Positions 1 through 11,520 of a DNA stretch of 47,500 nt are shown in pieces. Where the stretch lies: the NCBI RefSeq assembly GCF_001194135.2, contig NC_069006.1, positions 9,289,520 to 9,337,019 on the forward strand, written 5' to 3'. The DNA comes from Octopus bimaculoides. Taxonomy: Eukaryota. Both the position numbers and the translations under genes were made by a program. Within the stretch, counting starts at the first letter, position 1, and each line of letters starts with the position of its first letter. The notes under the pieces are model-generated. The model ran no database searches and was not told where the DNA came from. It worked only from the letters and a program-made list of their open reading frames with translations.

Positions 1-51
<51 letters not shown>

Positions 52-280
52 TATACGACGGGCTTCATTCAGTTTCCATCTGCCAAATCCACTCACACAG
101 CTTTGGTCAGCCCAAGACTATAATAGAAGACACTTGCCCAAGGTGTTACTCAGTGGCACTGAACCCAGAACCATGTGGTTGAGAAGCAAGCTTCTTACCA
201 CACAGCCTGTGCCTATATGATGGATTTCTTTCAGTTTTTGTCTACTAAATTCACTCACAAGGCTTTGGTTGGCCCAAGGT

Positions 281-490
281 TATAATAGAAGACATTTGCC
301 CAAGGTGCTACATAGAGCGATTGAACCCAGAACCATGTGGTTGGGTAGGTTATAGTAGAAGACACTTGCCCAAGGTGCTACATAGAGGGATTGAACCTGG
401 AACCATGTGGTTGGGAAGGTTATAGTAGAAGACACTTGCCCAAGGTGCCACACAGTGGGACTGAACCCGGGACCATGTGGTTGGGAAGCA
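281..490 (-). repeat. Three tandem 70-bp copies of a SINE head/core segment
   Basis: TATA(G/A)TAGAAGACACTTGCCCAAGGTGC...AACCATGTGGTTGGG at 281, 351 and 421. Confidence 0.9.
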
Positions 491-822
491 CACTTCTCAA
501 CTGCACAGCCACGCTTGGACTTAGCCATTCTAATATTTGATATTGACTTCACTAGTGCTGGTGTCATGGAAAAAGCACCCAGTACACACACACACATATC
601 TGTATATGTGCACTCCAGGATGAAATATTACTTTACTTGGAAATAGGTGAAGGTTTGTGATAGGAAGAGCAGCCAGAAAATCTGCTTCAATAAATTTTAT
701 TTGACCTATACAAGCATGGAAAAATGAATGTTAAATTGTGATGATTATGATGATGATGATATAGGATGGAAGGAAGGCATGGGTGTGTAAAGAGATGAAT
801 AAGAAAAATGGATTAAACAGTA

Positions 823-948
823 TTTTTTATTTTGTATCACTACAATTGTTTCCACATATTATCAAACCTGTAGTACACAGATCGTCCCACCAATGTCCTA
901 TGGGTGTGATGATGTGCAGAAACAATTGTAGTGATACTGAATAAAGAA
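823..948. repeat. Short hairpin-forming inverted repeat
   Basis: Perfect 19-bp arms 834-852 / 919-937 (GTATCACTACAATTGTTTC), with imperfect extension inward and outward. Confidence 0.85.
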
Positions 949-1696
949 TGTCGGTCAATCCATTTCCTCTTCTTCATCTCTTTGTACAAACTCTATGGAT
1001 ACAATGGAATTCCTGAGATATAACCAGTGACAGGAGTACCCCACTGTATGATGACATTCATCTGCACACAACTGTGGACAAGCTTTGCATTCTCCATGGA
1101 TTTTACCAACATTTTATTCAACGATGTGTGTATGCGTGTAATTACTTGGACTATTAGTATGTCAAAGCACTTTCACCGTTTGGGCTACCTGATGTCATCC
1201 ACATAAATGAAATTATTTTCACTGGACCTACATCAGGAAATCCATAATGTTCGTTGAGATTATAGTTGATAAAGGAAACAGAAGATTAGATATACATTGA
1301 TAAAGAGTAAAGGGTAAAGACCCCCTTTGGTTATGAGNNNNNNNNNNNNNNNNNNNNNNNNNNNNNNNNNNNNNNNNNNNNNNNNNNNNNNNNNNNNNNN
1401 NNNNNNNNNNNNNNNNNNNNNNNNNNNNNNNNNNNNNNNNNNNNNNNNNNNNNNNNNNNNNNNNNNNNNNNNNNNNNNNNNNNNNNNNNNNNNNNNNNNN
1501 NNNNNNNNNNNNNNNNNNNNNNNNNNNNNNNNNNNNNNNNNNNNNNNNNNNNNNNNNNNNNNNNNNNNNNNNNNNNNNNNNNNNNNNNNNNNNNNNNNNN
1601 NNNNNNNNNNNNNNNNNNNNNNNNNNNNNNNNNNNNNNNNNNNNNNNNNNNNNNNNNNNNNNNNNNNNNNNNNNNNNNNNNNNATATATATATATG

Positions 1697-1727
<31 letters not shown>

Positions 1728-2191
1728 ATATAGTGAAGGCATGTGTGTATGTTTGTGAATATGTATATAAATGTGTATATATATATATACAAACACACAC
1801 ACACACAGTATTATTTCAACCAGGTTATCCTTATAAAACATTGTCTTGTTTGTACTTGTGTGGTGTTTCCAGCAGTGGAATGTCTATTGTAGCAACAATG
1901 TGTAAATCAATTATTCATACAGAAACATGTCTTGACAGGTCCAAGAAAATATCAACATTTACATTCACTCCTTCCCGTCCATTAGAAAAAAAAAAGAAAT
2001 GTATATATATATATTTAAAAAAAAAAACAGGGGAAATATTGGATATCGTTTATAAATGCTTTATACTGTTAATATATTACATAATTTGAATAAAATAGTA
2101 ATTATAAGATCAATTCATAGCATAGTCTAAGTCTGATAGGAAATATTTCATTTAGATCCCTGACGTCAGCTCAATGTGAAGTCAATGAAGC

Positions 2192-2228
<37 letters not shown>

Positions 2229-2686
2229 GAATGAACAAGCAGTGCATGCCATCAAAGTGATGCTGGGTTAAAATATACAGTGCCCAGTATACCCATCATG
2301 ACTACCCATCTGATAAGGGTACACCAGGCACATGCATCACAACCATATGTACATGACATACTGATCTCGTATCAAGATAAACAGCGCATGACCTTGAAGG
2401 TAGGGTTCAGTTAGAATTTCCTTCAGGTCGAGTAGCCAATCCCACTCAAAAAGTCCCTGAATAAGGGCTGCTTAAAGATGTTGAACGAAACACCCATGTT
2501 TCCAGGAGTGAATTATCCAAACCCCAATGAATTCCTCTCAACACAGGGCTATGATGCTCCCACACTACTTCTGCTTGTGATCTGAGATGCACATATCATC
2601 AGCCACCAAGAGACATGCTCAACTGGTTAAGGTCAAACAATTGACAAGCAAATCGGTGGTATTGAGCAGAATATTTGCTGTAGCCC
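2229..2686 (-). mobile_element. Interspersed element in a (TAA)n array, possibly a second R4/Dong-like 3' end
   Basis: Flanked by (TTA)n at 2194-2228 and 2687-2703; the minus strand begins ATANILLN, similar to GTAHIL. Confidence 0.45.
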
Positions 2687-2932
2687 TTATTATTATCATT
2701 ATTGGCAGTGAAGTGGCAGAATTGTAAACATGCCAGGCAAAATGCTTGTCAGCGTTTAATCTGCGTTTAAGTTCTGAGTTCAAATTCTGCCGAGGTCAAC
2801 TTTGCTTTTCATCCTTTTGGGGTCAATAAAATATAGGTATCAGTTGAACAGCTGGGGTCAAGGTAATCAATTTACCCACTTCCCCCGAAATTACTGACCT
2901 TGTACCAAAATTTGAAACCGTTATTATTATTG

Positions 2933-3295
2933 TTACCTCTGCCTTAGTGAAGGTGGAGGTGTTGTTTTCAGTCGTATTTGTTTGTTTGTCTGTGGACAAG
3001 ATATCTCAAGAACCACTGGATGGATTCAGATGAAACTTCCAACGATGTTTGGCCTCGTGACTGGCACGAACTGATTAGATTTTGAGATCGATCCGGTACC
3101 AGACAAGGATTCTGGATTATTCTTCCGGCTTTTTTACTTAATTTTTGAGAGCGGTCGGGTTCATTTTTAGTATTCTCGTTTGTGAGAGCAATCGAGTTTA
3201 TTTCAGATATTCTCATTTTAAAAATCATCTCCAGCTAATCATTGAGAGAACACTGGTGTTACCTTGGCGGAGGTTTGCGCTCTCTGAGTGCTCTT
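2933..3295 (+). mobile_element. HINE/DINE-1-like (Helentron-associated) element, copy 1
   Basis: TTACCTCTGCCTTAG...(GTTT)n...CCTTGGCGGAGG inverted motif, then a short stem-loop GCGCTC-TCT-GAGTGC; T-rich flanks. Confidence 0.65.
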
Positions 3296-4702
3296 ATTAT
3301 TATTATTATTATTAATACTTTCTTAAAACTGTAGAGATCAGGAATTTGGTGGTGAGATTACTAATGACAGTTTCAAAGAAAAATATTATGTAAAAATTCA
3401 TAATGTGCAACTGAAGTAATATTAAATTAAAATAGCAACCTGTATATCATACTTAATGCAGATACATCATGAAGAGCCAAATTAACTGCATTGTTTGTCC
3501 TGAGATAATATCTCTTATGCATGTACTGTGTTTAATAACACAAATATATATCAGTAACAATTGAAATCATACAGCAACAGTGGTGAGAATGTTAGGTATG
3601 TATTTCTGCATCTTTGAGCTTTGTCAGTAGCATATATATTGACAGGCAGATTGCATGTTAAGACAAAATCTGCTGCCACTGATATAGTAAAACAGTGATT
3701 AAAAGATTCATTGGTGTTGCAATAAGCCATTCAGCTGAATTATAATCCTTCTTGTAATAATTCTGCCTGTTACTCAGCCCATCTGTAACGCTTTCTTTGT
3801 AATTAGTTGAAGGGTAAAGCAATGAGGGAGTGTGTTGTTTATTAAGTCTATAAGTTTGTACATAAATTATATAAAGTGCATTAAGTAATCGTCGTATTCC
3901 AATTTCCTTCACTCTTCAATGATTAACAGACAAGCGACTATCTTTTGATACAGACACAACACAGGTTTCACTTCCAGGTTTTCTGGATAAAGTTTTCAGA
4001 AATAACCCAATAAGTTTACCAGGGTCACGCTAGTTATATGTAATCCTTTTCTGTCCTATTCCATCTCATATTCACGCTGTACCTGGACCTCACATCTCTT
4101 TCTTTCTGCCTCTCACATTCCAGGTGGGCAAGCCATGTATTCACCTCTTCAGCAAGACACCTGCCCCTCTCCCCCTCTATCATAGTTTCTTATTCCTCCA
4201 GTGAGCACTCCACTCTGTTGAGGGATCTTATCCTGCATGTAAAAAGCACCCAGTACACTCTGTTGAGTGGTTGGCATTATGAAGGGCATCCAGCGATAGA
4301 AACCATGCCAAAGCAAGCTTAGAATCTCTGGTTTGCCTGTTCTTATCCAACCTATGCCATGGGGGAAAGGGGTCATTAGATGATGGTGATGATGATGATG
4401 ATATATGCAACAGTAGCAGTTTTAGATTTAAATAGTCACCTGTGTATTATACATAATACAGAAACATCATGAAAAGCCATATTAACTGTGGTGTTCATTA
4501 CATAACAAACCCCATCAGCTTTCACAGCTGAGAGTGAGTTGATGTTTTATACATCAGAGATTCAAATAGTTTGATAAACTTAGAGATATTTTACCAAGTA
4601 ATGCATTAATTGCCAAGTTTTTATGTAACTGAAACACAAGGCTTGTCTCAAATTTGTGGTTTTGTGTTTGATGCAAGGAAGCTAGTGGCATGCTGTAGAA
4701 TA

Positions 4703-5500
4703 TTAACCCTTTCGTTACAATATTTCTTTTGAAACATAATGCTTTTTTTTTCATTTAATTTTGAAAATATAAAGAATTTAGTCGAATAACTTTGTCATTA
4801 TTAAGCTGGTGTTTGGGACATAAACATGAAATTTTGACGGAAGGTTTTAATTTTGATTCCTCTTAGATAGGAAGTTAGTATCAAAAGTGTTAATCTCTGT
4901 TGAAAAATAATTTTGTTATCATTAAGCTGGTGTTTGAAATATAAATTAACATGAGATTCTGATGGGACATTTTAATTTAGATNNNNNNNNNNNNNNNNNN
5001 NNNNNNNNNNNNNNNNNNNNNNNNNNNNNNNNNNNNNNNNNNNNNNNNNNNNNNNNNNNNNNNNNNNNNNNNNNNNNNNNNNNNNNNNNNNNNNNNNNNT
5101 TAATCTCTGTTGGAAAATAATTTTGTCATCATTAAGCTGCTGTTTGAAGTATAAATTAACATGAGATTCTAATGGGAGTTCTTAAAGTAGTTTACTTAAA
5201 CCCTTTTGTAACTATATTTCTGTAGAAATCCACTGCCTTTGTTTCAATTAATTTTTAAAATAACAAAGAATTCAGTAAAATAACATTCTTAGTAGATAAA
5301 TTAACTTGGAATTTTGGCAGAAGATTTTAATTTAGATCCCTCTGAGATAGGAAGTTTGTATCTTAGAACTAGGTTAGGTCCCCAGCAGGTTAGTATCAAA
5401 AGTGTTAACCTCTGTTGGAAAATAATTTTGTCATCATTAAGCTTGTGTTTGAAATATAAATTAAGATGAGATTCTAATGGGACATTTTAATTTAGATCAC
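4703..5500 (+). mobile_element. piggyBac-like MITE fragments with internally repeated ~90-130 bp blocks
   Basis: TTAA|CCCTTTCGTTAC start at 4703; a similar start at about 5197; repeated block TAATCTCTGTTG..TTAAGCTGGTGTTTG..TTTAATTTAGAT; no right TIR seen. Confidence 0.45.
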
Positions 5501-7146
5501 CTTCTCTTTCTTAGGCTGCAAAGAGACTGTCTCTTTGGCTGCAATATATATATATGTATATATATATTGCAGGCTCATAAGTGCTGATGCCACATAAAAA
5601 GCACCCATGCCAGTGCTGCATAAAAGCACCCAGTACACTCCATAAAGTGGTTGGTGTCAGGAAGGGCATCCAGCCATAGAAACCATGCCCAAACGGACAT
5701 GGAGCCTGAACAGCCCTTCACATGGTCAGCTCCTGTCAAACTGTCTCACCCATGCCAACATGGGAATGGACATTAAATGATAATGATGATGATATATATT
5801 TCAGTGTTTCTGAACCGCTTTTTTTTTTTTTGTCCATTGCCCCTATTTTGACTTCAAAAAAAAAGTGTGTGCCAACGTGAACAGAGTCAGTATGTTGTGG
5901 GTGAGAAAACAAAGTTGTTGACCTCTTCACTAATCTCGGCAATGAGATCCGTAGCTGGTGCACTTTGTGGATTCGTTGAACAAGAGTGTTTGTTGCTGCT
6001 GATATCTGTGCAGGAGGATAACGGTTTAGGTCTCTGGTCTTCCCTAACCTTCTCTTCAGTTGTGAGACATAGACACTATCCCAGGCCCTTAGGAGCCACC
6101 TGAACTCCTTTGGTTCCCGGATGCTTCACAAGATTAAGGGTTACCATTGATTGGATGTCATATCAAACTAATGACTCTACTCAGAAACTGGGATGCATCC
6201 TGTTACTCGTATGGTTTGGGAACACCAGTTCTGACTGGTTGGCCATGTTGCTTGATTTTCTGAGTTAGACCCTGCTTACCATGTTCTCTTCACTGACGAT
6301 GTGGCTGGGTTGGCAGCTCAGGTTAGTTGACCACATATCAGATGGTCATGGCAGATGAGGAGGTGTCTTACAGAAATGAGGGCATGTCTGAGACCCCAGC
6401 TTGACGGGTCGCCTAGGAGGACCTGGGAATATACCAACAAATGGTGAATGCAGCAAAGCACTGCAATGGCACGTGGTCCCACACTTGACCTAATGGGTTT
6501 AATAATATATACAAGGTGCAGCAAAAAAGACCCTCCCCCATTTTATTGGTTGACAAATGTTTCAATAGCAAGTGCAGAGTTTGCTATTTAAGCATTTCAA
6601 ACCATGATGGCATCTGAAAGGTAAATGGTAAAGCATTAGCTACATGAAGACACAATTATCACCTGAACACCCCCCCCCATTCTGAAATAACCTGACTCCA
6701 GCCAAATAATGCCACACTCCCCCCCCCCAGAAACATACACTCAATCACACACACTTACACATATATACATGGATATGTGTGTGTGTAGAGACATATGCAC
6801 ACACGTCTTCATACATGTATGCATACAGTGGAAGCTGCTTATTGTGATCACTTTGAAAGATAGCCGTTTAAATAACAATCACTGATGATAACATTATCTG
6901 AGAATATATCAACACAACTTCTACCATCCCAGGACTGTTTGAATAATTTATTGGTGTATATTAAATGTGGAAATGCATAGTATCAGAAACACGGGTAGAC
7001 AAGACATTAGATGCCTAAGTCTATCTAGGGGGCCATTATGGCAATTTAGTGCATGCTGATAGGAAACTGAGTGGGGTCTCTTTTTGAAATGACCTTAACA
7101 TCGAGATTGTCAAAAGACAAGTAGGTCTATCAAATTTGGAAGTGTA

Positions 7147-7380
7147 CAGAGTTAGCCAAAAGTCACCCGACAGTAAATCAGAAATTCCATAAATACTTAA
7201 TATTCAGTTTTATTTATTCATTCCAATTGTGAAGTCGTTCAAGAAGGACCTCAGTTTGAACAATTTTCATGATGTTTCGTATTTATATGCTTTTATTAAA
7301 TCCATTCAGTTGTTAAACATAAATAAATCTTGGAATAAAATGGCTTTGATTTACTGTCAGGTGACTTTTGGCCAACCCTG
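7147..7380. mobile_element. Tc1/mariner-type MITE
   Basis: 34-bp TIR CAG(A/G)GTT(A/G)GCCAAAAGTCACC(C/T)GACAGTAAATCA with 3 mismatches; TA TSD. Confidence 0.9.
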
Positions 7381-7591
7381 TATGTGGGGAATTTCTACAT
7401 ATTTTTGCAAACAAGTATTTCTTTGGTTTATTGAACGGTTGAATATTTTTAGCGTGTGATGTCATGAATATACGTGACACCCTTGCCAACATGAAACATA
7501 GATGTTAAATGATGAGGATGATGATACAACAGGATTTTGATGTGTTTAGGTGTGTTACTAATCATTTCTGTCAATTTTCTATCTCCACCAG

Positions 7592-7710
7592 TTGTCTGAC
7601 ACCTACATTAAACCACTGGATACTGCAAACTTGACCCAAGTGGGAGAGCTGAATCTGGCCAGTCTTGACCTTCAAACTGCCCTCATTCGGCTTGAGGAAG
7701 AGCAACAAAG
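7592..7710 (+). CDS. CROCC: Rootletin exon a (first visible): LSDTYIKPLDTANLTQVGELNLASLDLQTALIRLEEEQQ(R)
   Basis: Acceptor tctccaccag, donor AAAG/gtgagt; phase 0 to 2; not in the ORF track. Confidence 0.88.
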
Positions 7711-7804
7711 GTGAGTTCCACTCCATTGTTTCCTAGAAGCTTCATGGAAACCTTAACAAAGAAATATAATGATAATTGTAATTGATATACAAATGGGATA
7801 TATT

Positions 7805-8005
7805 GATTGAATAACTGATTGGGAGTTGTGGGAATGGGGGGTAGATTGAAAGAACGACTGGTAATGTGTTGTGGGAATGGGGAGTATATTGAAGGAATGA
7901 CTGGTAGTGTGTTGTGGGTATGGAGGTATATTGAAGGAATGACTGGTAATGTGTTGTGGGAATGGGGCTGTATTGAATGAATAACTGATAGTTGTTGGAA
8001 TGGGC
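7805..8005 (+). repeat. 42-43 bp minisatellite, 4-5 degenerate copies
   Basis: Unit GTAATGTGTTGTGGGAATGGGGAGTATATTGAAGGAATGACTG. Confidence 0.85.
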
Positions 8006-8135
8006 AATAATGTTTTGTTTCCAGTCTTCTGTGATAAAAATCTCTGGCCATGGGGAAATGTTACCTGGCCTGAAAACGGATGAGGGTTAGTGACAAGATG
8101 GGCATCCAGCTATAGAAAATCTGCCGCAGTAACTA

Positions 8136-8432
8136 CCGTATTTGATGGCCTATAAGGCTATACTTTTGTAAAATAAATTACCACTAAAATAATGTTTTAA
8201 TTCCTCCACTTACCTGTATAACTTTATGTTATTACCAGTAATTATAAGCAATTTATTGCATCTACATACAATATAAACATACCATAAGTGATTGTTCACC
8301 AATAGATGGCAGCACACGTTTTGTAAACATACATACCGTTTTGAGCCTACATTGAGTGCATTGGACGCAGGGGGATTTTTAAAGCCATTTTTGGGTTAAA
8401 AAAGGGTGCGTCTTATAGGCCATCAAATATAG
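8136..8432. mobile_element. pogo/Tigger-like MITE nested in a (GAT)n-tailed repeat
   Basis: 21-bp TIR CCGTATTTGATGGCCTATAAG with 2 mismatches; TA TSD. Confidence 0.82.
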
Positions 8433-8542
8433 TACCCTGTCTAATCCATGCTGGCATGGAAAAGTGGACATTAAAACGATAATGATGTACTGAGTTTATA
8501 TTTGATCAACCATAAAGCAATATGACTGTTTTCTGTTGACAG

Positions 8543-8708
8543 AAGTTCAGGTCTTGCCCACGTCAATGCAATGTTACGAGAACAATTAGACCAGGCAACA
8601 TCTGCAAACCAAAGCCTCACCAGTGACATTCAGAAGTTGACCACTGATTGGCAAATGGCTCGAGAAGATCTCGATCACAAAGAACAAGAGTGGAGAGAAG
8701 AAGAAAAG
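8543..8708 (+). CDS. CROCC: Rootletin exon b: (R)SSGLAHVNAMLREQLDQATSANQSL...WREEEK
   Basis: ctgttgacag acceptor, AAG/gtaact donor; phase 2 to 0. Confidence 0.93.
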
Positions 8709-9250
8709 GTAACTTATTTCTCTGCGCTCTTTCTCTTTTTTCTTCTCTTCTTTCTTTCCATCTCTCTCTCTCTTCTCTCCATTTCTCTCTCTTTCTGTTA
8801 TTATTATTTTTAACCTTTAGCATGCTGAAGGCAAATCATGTTGCCGAATGAGTTTTTTCCCCTCTCAATGCAACACAATGTGCCTGCAGTTACGGGGGAG
8901 AAAACTTATGTGGCAACATGTTTTGCCTTCAGCATGCTAAAAGTTAATTATGTATGCTTTAGAGTTCGTAGAAGGTGGCAAGCTCATAAAGGGTGGAGAC
9001 CTGGCCAAAGGGTAGTGCACTGGTTGAGGGCAATGAGCTACTAAACAGTGGAAAACTGGCACAATTGGTAAAGTGTCAAAAAGAAAGAAAAGAAGAATGC
9101 CTTACAGTATTTGTTTCAGCTCTTTACATTCTGAGTTCAAATCCTGCTCAAGTCCACTTTGACTTGAATAAATTAGATTATCAGTGACTACTAGGGTTGT
9201 TTGTATTGACTAACGCCCCTCCCCTTAAAATTGTTGGCCTTGTACCTCCA

Positions 9251-9317
<67 letters not shown>

Positions 9318-9659
9318 GCTTCTTTCATTTTCTGTTTATCAAACCCACTCACAAGGCTTTGGTCGATCCCTGGGCTATAGCAGAAGCCAATTGCCCAAGG
9401 TGCTGCACAATGGGACTGAACCTAAAACCACATGGTTGCAAAGCAGTGTCCTTAACCACGCAGCCATGCATTAGGCTACAACATATTTTCCTACACATTC
9501 TTTCCTCATCAACATATGTCTACCACTCTTCTTCTTTCATTATTTATTTCTCGTTAGTCTCCCCACCACCACCCTCTAATTAATGTGTTTGGTTAGATTA
9601 GGTTACAGTTAGGTTACATTTTAATTAAGTTCCTTGTTCTCCCCCTCTTTCCTTTCTCT

Positions 9660-11355
9660 GAAGGGTGTTTTTTTAATATTTATTTATTTTATTGTTTTTG
9701 TGTTATTTATTTTTTGTCTGCTTGCATGTTTGTCTTTTGATCCCTTTGTTATATAGTTCCTCTTTTCTCTCACACTGTCTGTATATGTGTGTGTGTGTTT
9801 GTATATGTGTGTATGTATTTATATGTGTGTGTATGTATCTATATATGTGTGTGTATGCATGTGTATATATATATGTGTATGTGTGTGCGTATGCATGTGT
9901 ATATATATGTGTGTGCATGTGGGTTTGTATGTATATATGTATGTGTGTGTATATATGTATGTGTATGTATTTATGTGTGTATATGTATGTGTGTGTGTAT
10001 GTATTTATGTTTGTGTGTGTGTGTGTACGTGTAATTAGGTAGGTATGTATGTATATACATAAGCACAAATTTAAAACCAAAACTCCCACTGTGCCATGGA
10101 GATTGAAACAAAGGAATGAATAAATCACACTCAGGTATGAATAATGTTGATTGTGGATATATACATTGGGGTGGACAACACAAACACAGGCTGACTGAAA
10201 GGTGGGGGTGTTGATTAGAGACCCTCCCATCTCCCACCCGAAAACTTCACAGAACCACCTGGAATGTGTGCTGTTCAAGACACATTAGGCTGATAAGCTG
10301 CTGCTTCTTAAAGCATTCAAGAATTTTGGGATTAAGAGTAGAGAAGAGGAAACGGTACTGAATTTCAATTCATTTGATATAACCTTTGCAGCCTTGGATT
10401 CTTTTAACTAGTGGTTTAGGGACATATTTACACACACACACATATATATTTATTTATATATATATATACATACATACATATATATTTATGCATGTATATA
10501 TATGCATATTTACACACATATACATACATATATACACACATATACATACATATACACACACACACTCACACACACATACATATGCAAATTATATACATAT
10601 TCATATGTATATATATAGATACGAGATATATATTATGTTGTGTATTATTTGGCATTATTCAGCAACTTGTTGAGAAACAATATAATGTTTACTCTTGGTG
10701 GGACTCTATACATCAAAGAGAGTGAAAATTTCTGCTTGAATGAGACTTTTAAGGATTAAAACTGAGATCCCAGGTAAATAATTATTGTCCATCTATCTAA
10801 CCATATATATACAAGAAAACAGAAAAACAGCTAATTAATATCAATTAGGTGGCAACAATGTCTGTCTAATACATGTTAATTAGACAAAAACTTTTTAAAT
10901 GTTGCTAATTTTAAGGAGAAAAGGCATAATTGAAAAGAGAAATAATTTGATAGTAAACATTGGTAAGTTTAAAAGCAATCTCTATTATTTATTTAGGTAT
11001 ATGTATATAATTATGATATAAAACATAAAATATAAAAACAATAATTTCTTTCTTTAATTTGTTTGATTAAAGTTTGAACAGCTTAAAGCCTTGATGGGAC
11101 ACCACCTTATTTACTGATTATAAATTTGTAAATATGTTTAGAGTCAGTGATGTAAAAGTAATATCTTTATATTGCTTTGTGTGTGTTTATATATGGTGTA
11201 TAACGTGAATTGTGTAATGTAGATATATGTGAAGTATATTTGTAGTTCTCTCTCCATGTCAGTGGTGTCAATGTGATTTATAATTGTGTATGAAGCATAA
11301 AAGAAGTTTGAGTGCATTTGTATGCATGTGTGTGTGTAGGATTGTATGTATCTAT

Positions 11356-11403
<48 letters not shown>

Positions 11404-11520
11404 TTGTGTCTATTTTGTGTGGTGTGTACATATCTATGCATTTATGTGTATAAGGATGTGTATGTGTGGTGTGTTTTTGTATGTATATATATGTGTATGT
11501 ATATATACATATACGTAAAA
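9660..11520. repeat. Compound (TA)n/(TG)n/(CA)n microsatellite-rich low-complexity zone
   Basis: Read directly; source of the many VCVCIY/HTHTYI ORFs. Confidence 0.9.

Noticed and set aside
960-1260. Possible integrase-like relic (FGLPDVIH...)
   Set aside because: One weak motif among multiple stops; cannot be supported without a search
3658-3912. 84-aa minus-strand ORF with faint LINE RT resemblance (KEIGIRRLLNALY)
   Set aside because: No convincing RT motif; probably a decayed repeat
5870-6520. GC-richer segment that could be a coding relic
   Set aside because: All frames I translated are interrupted and none is recognisable; not rootletin-like
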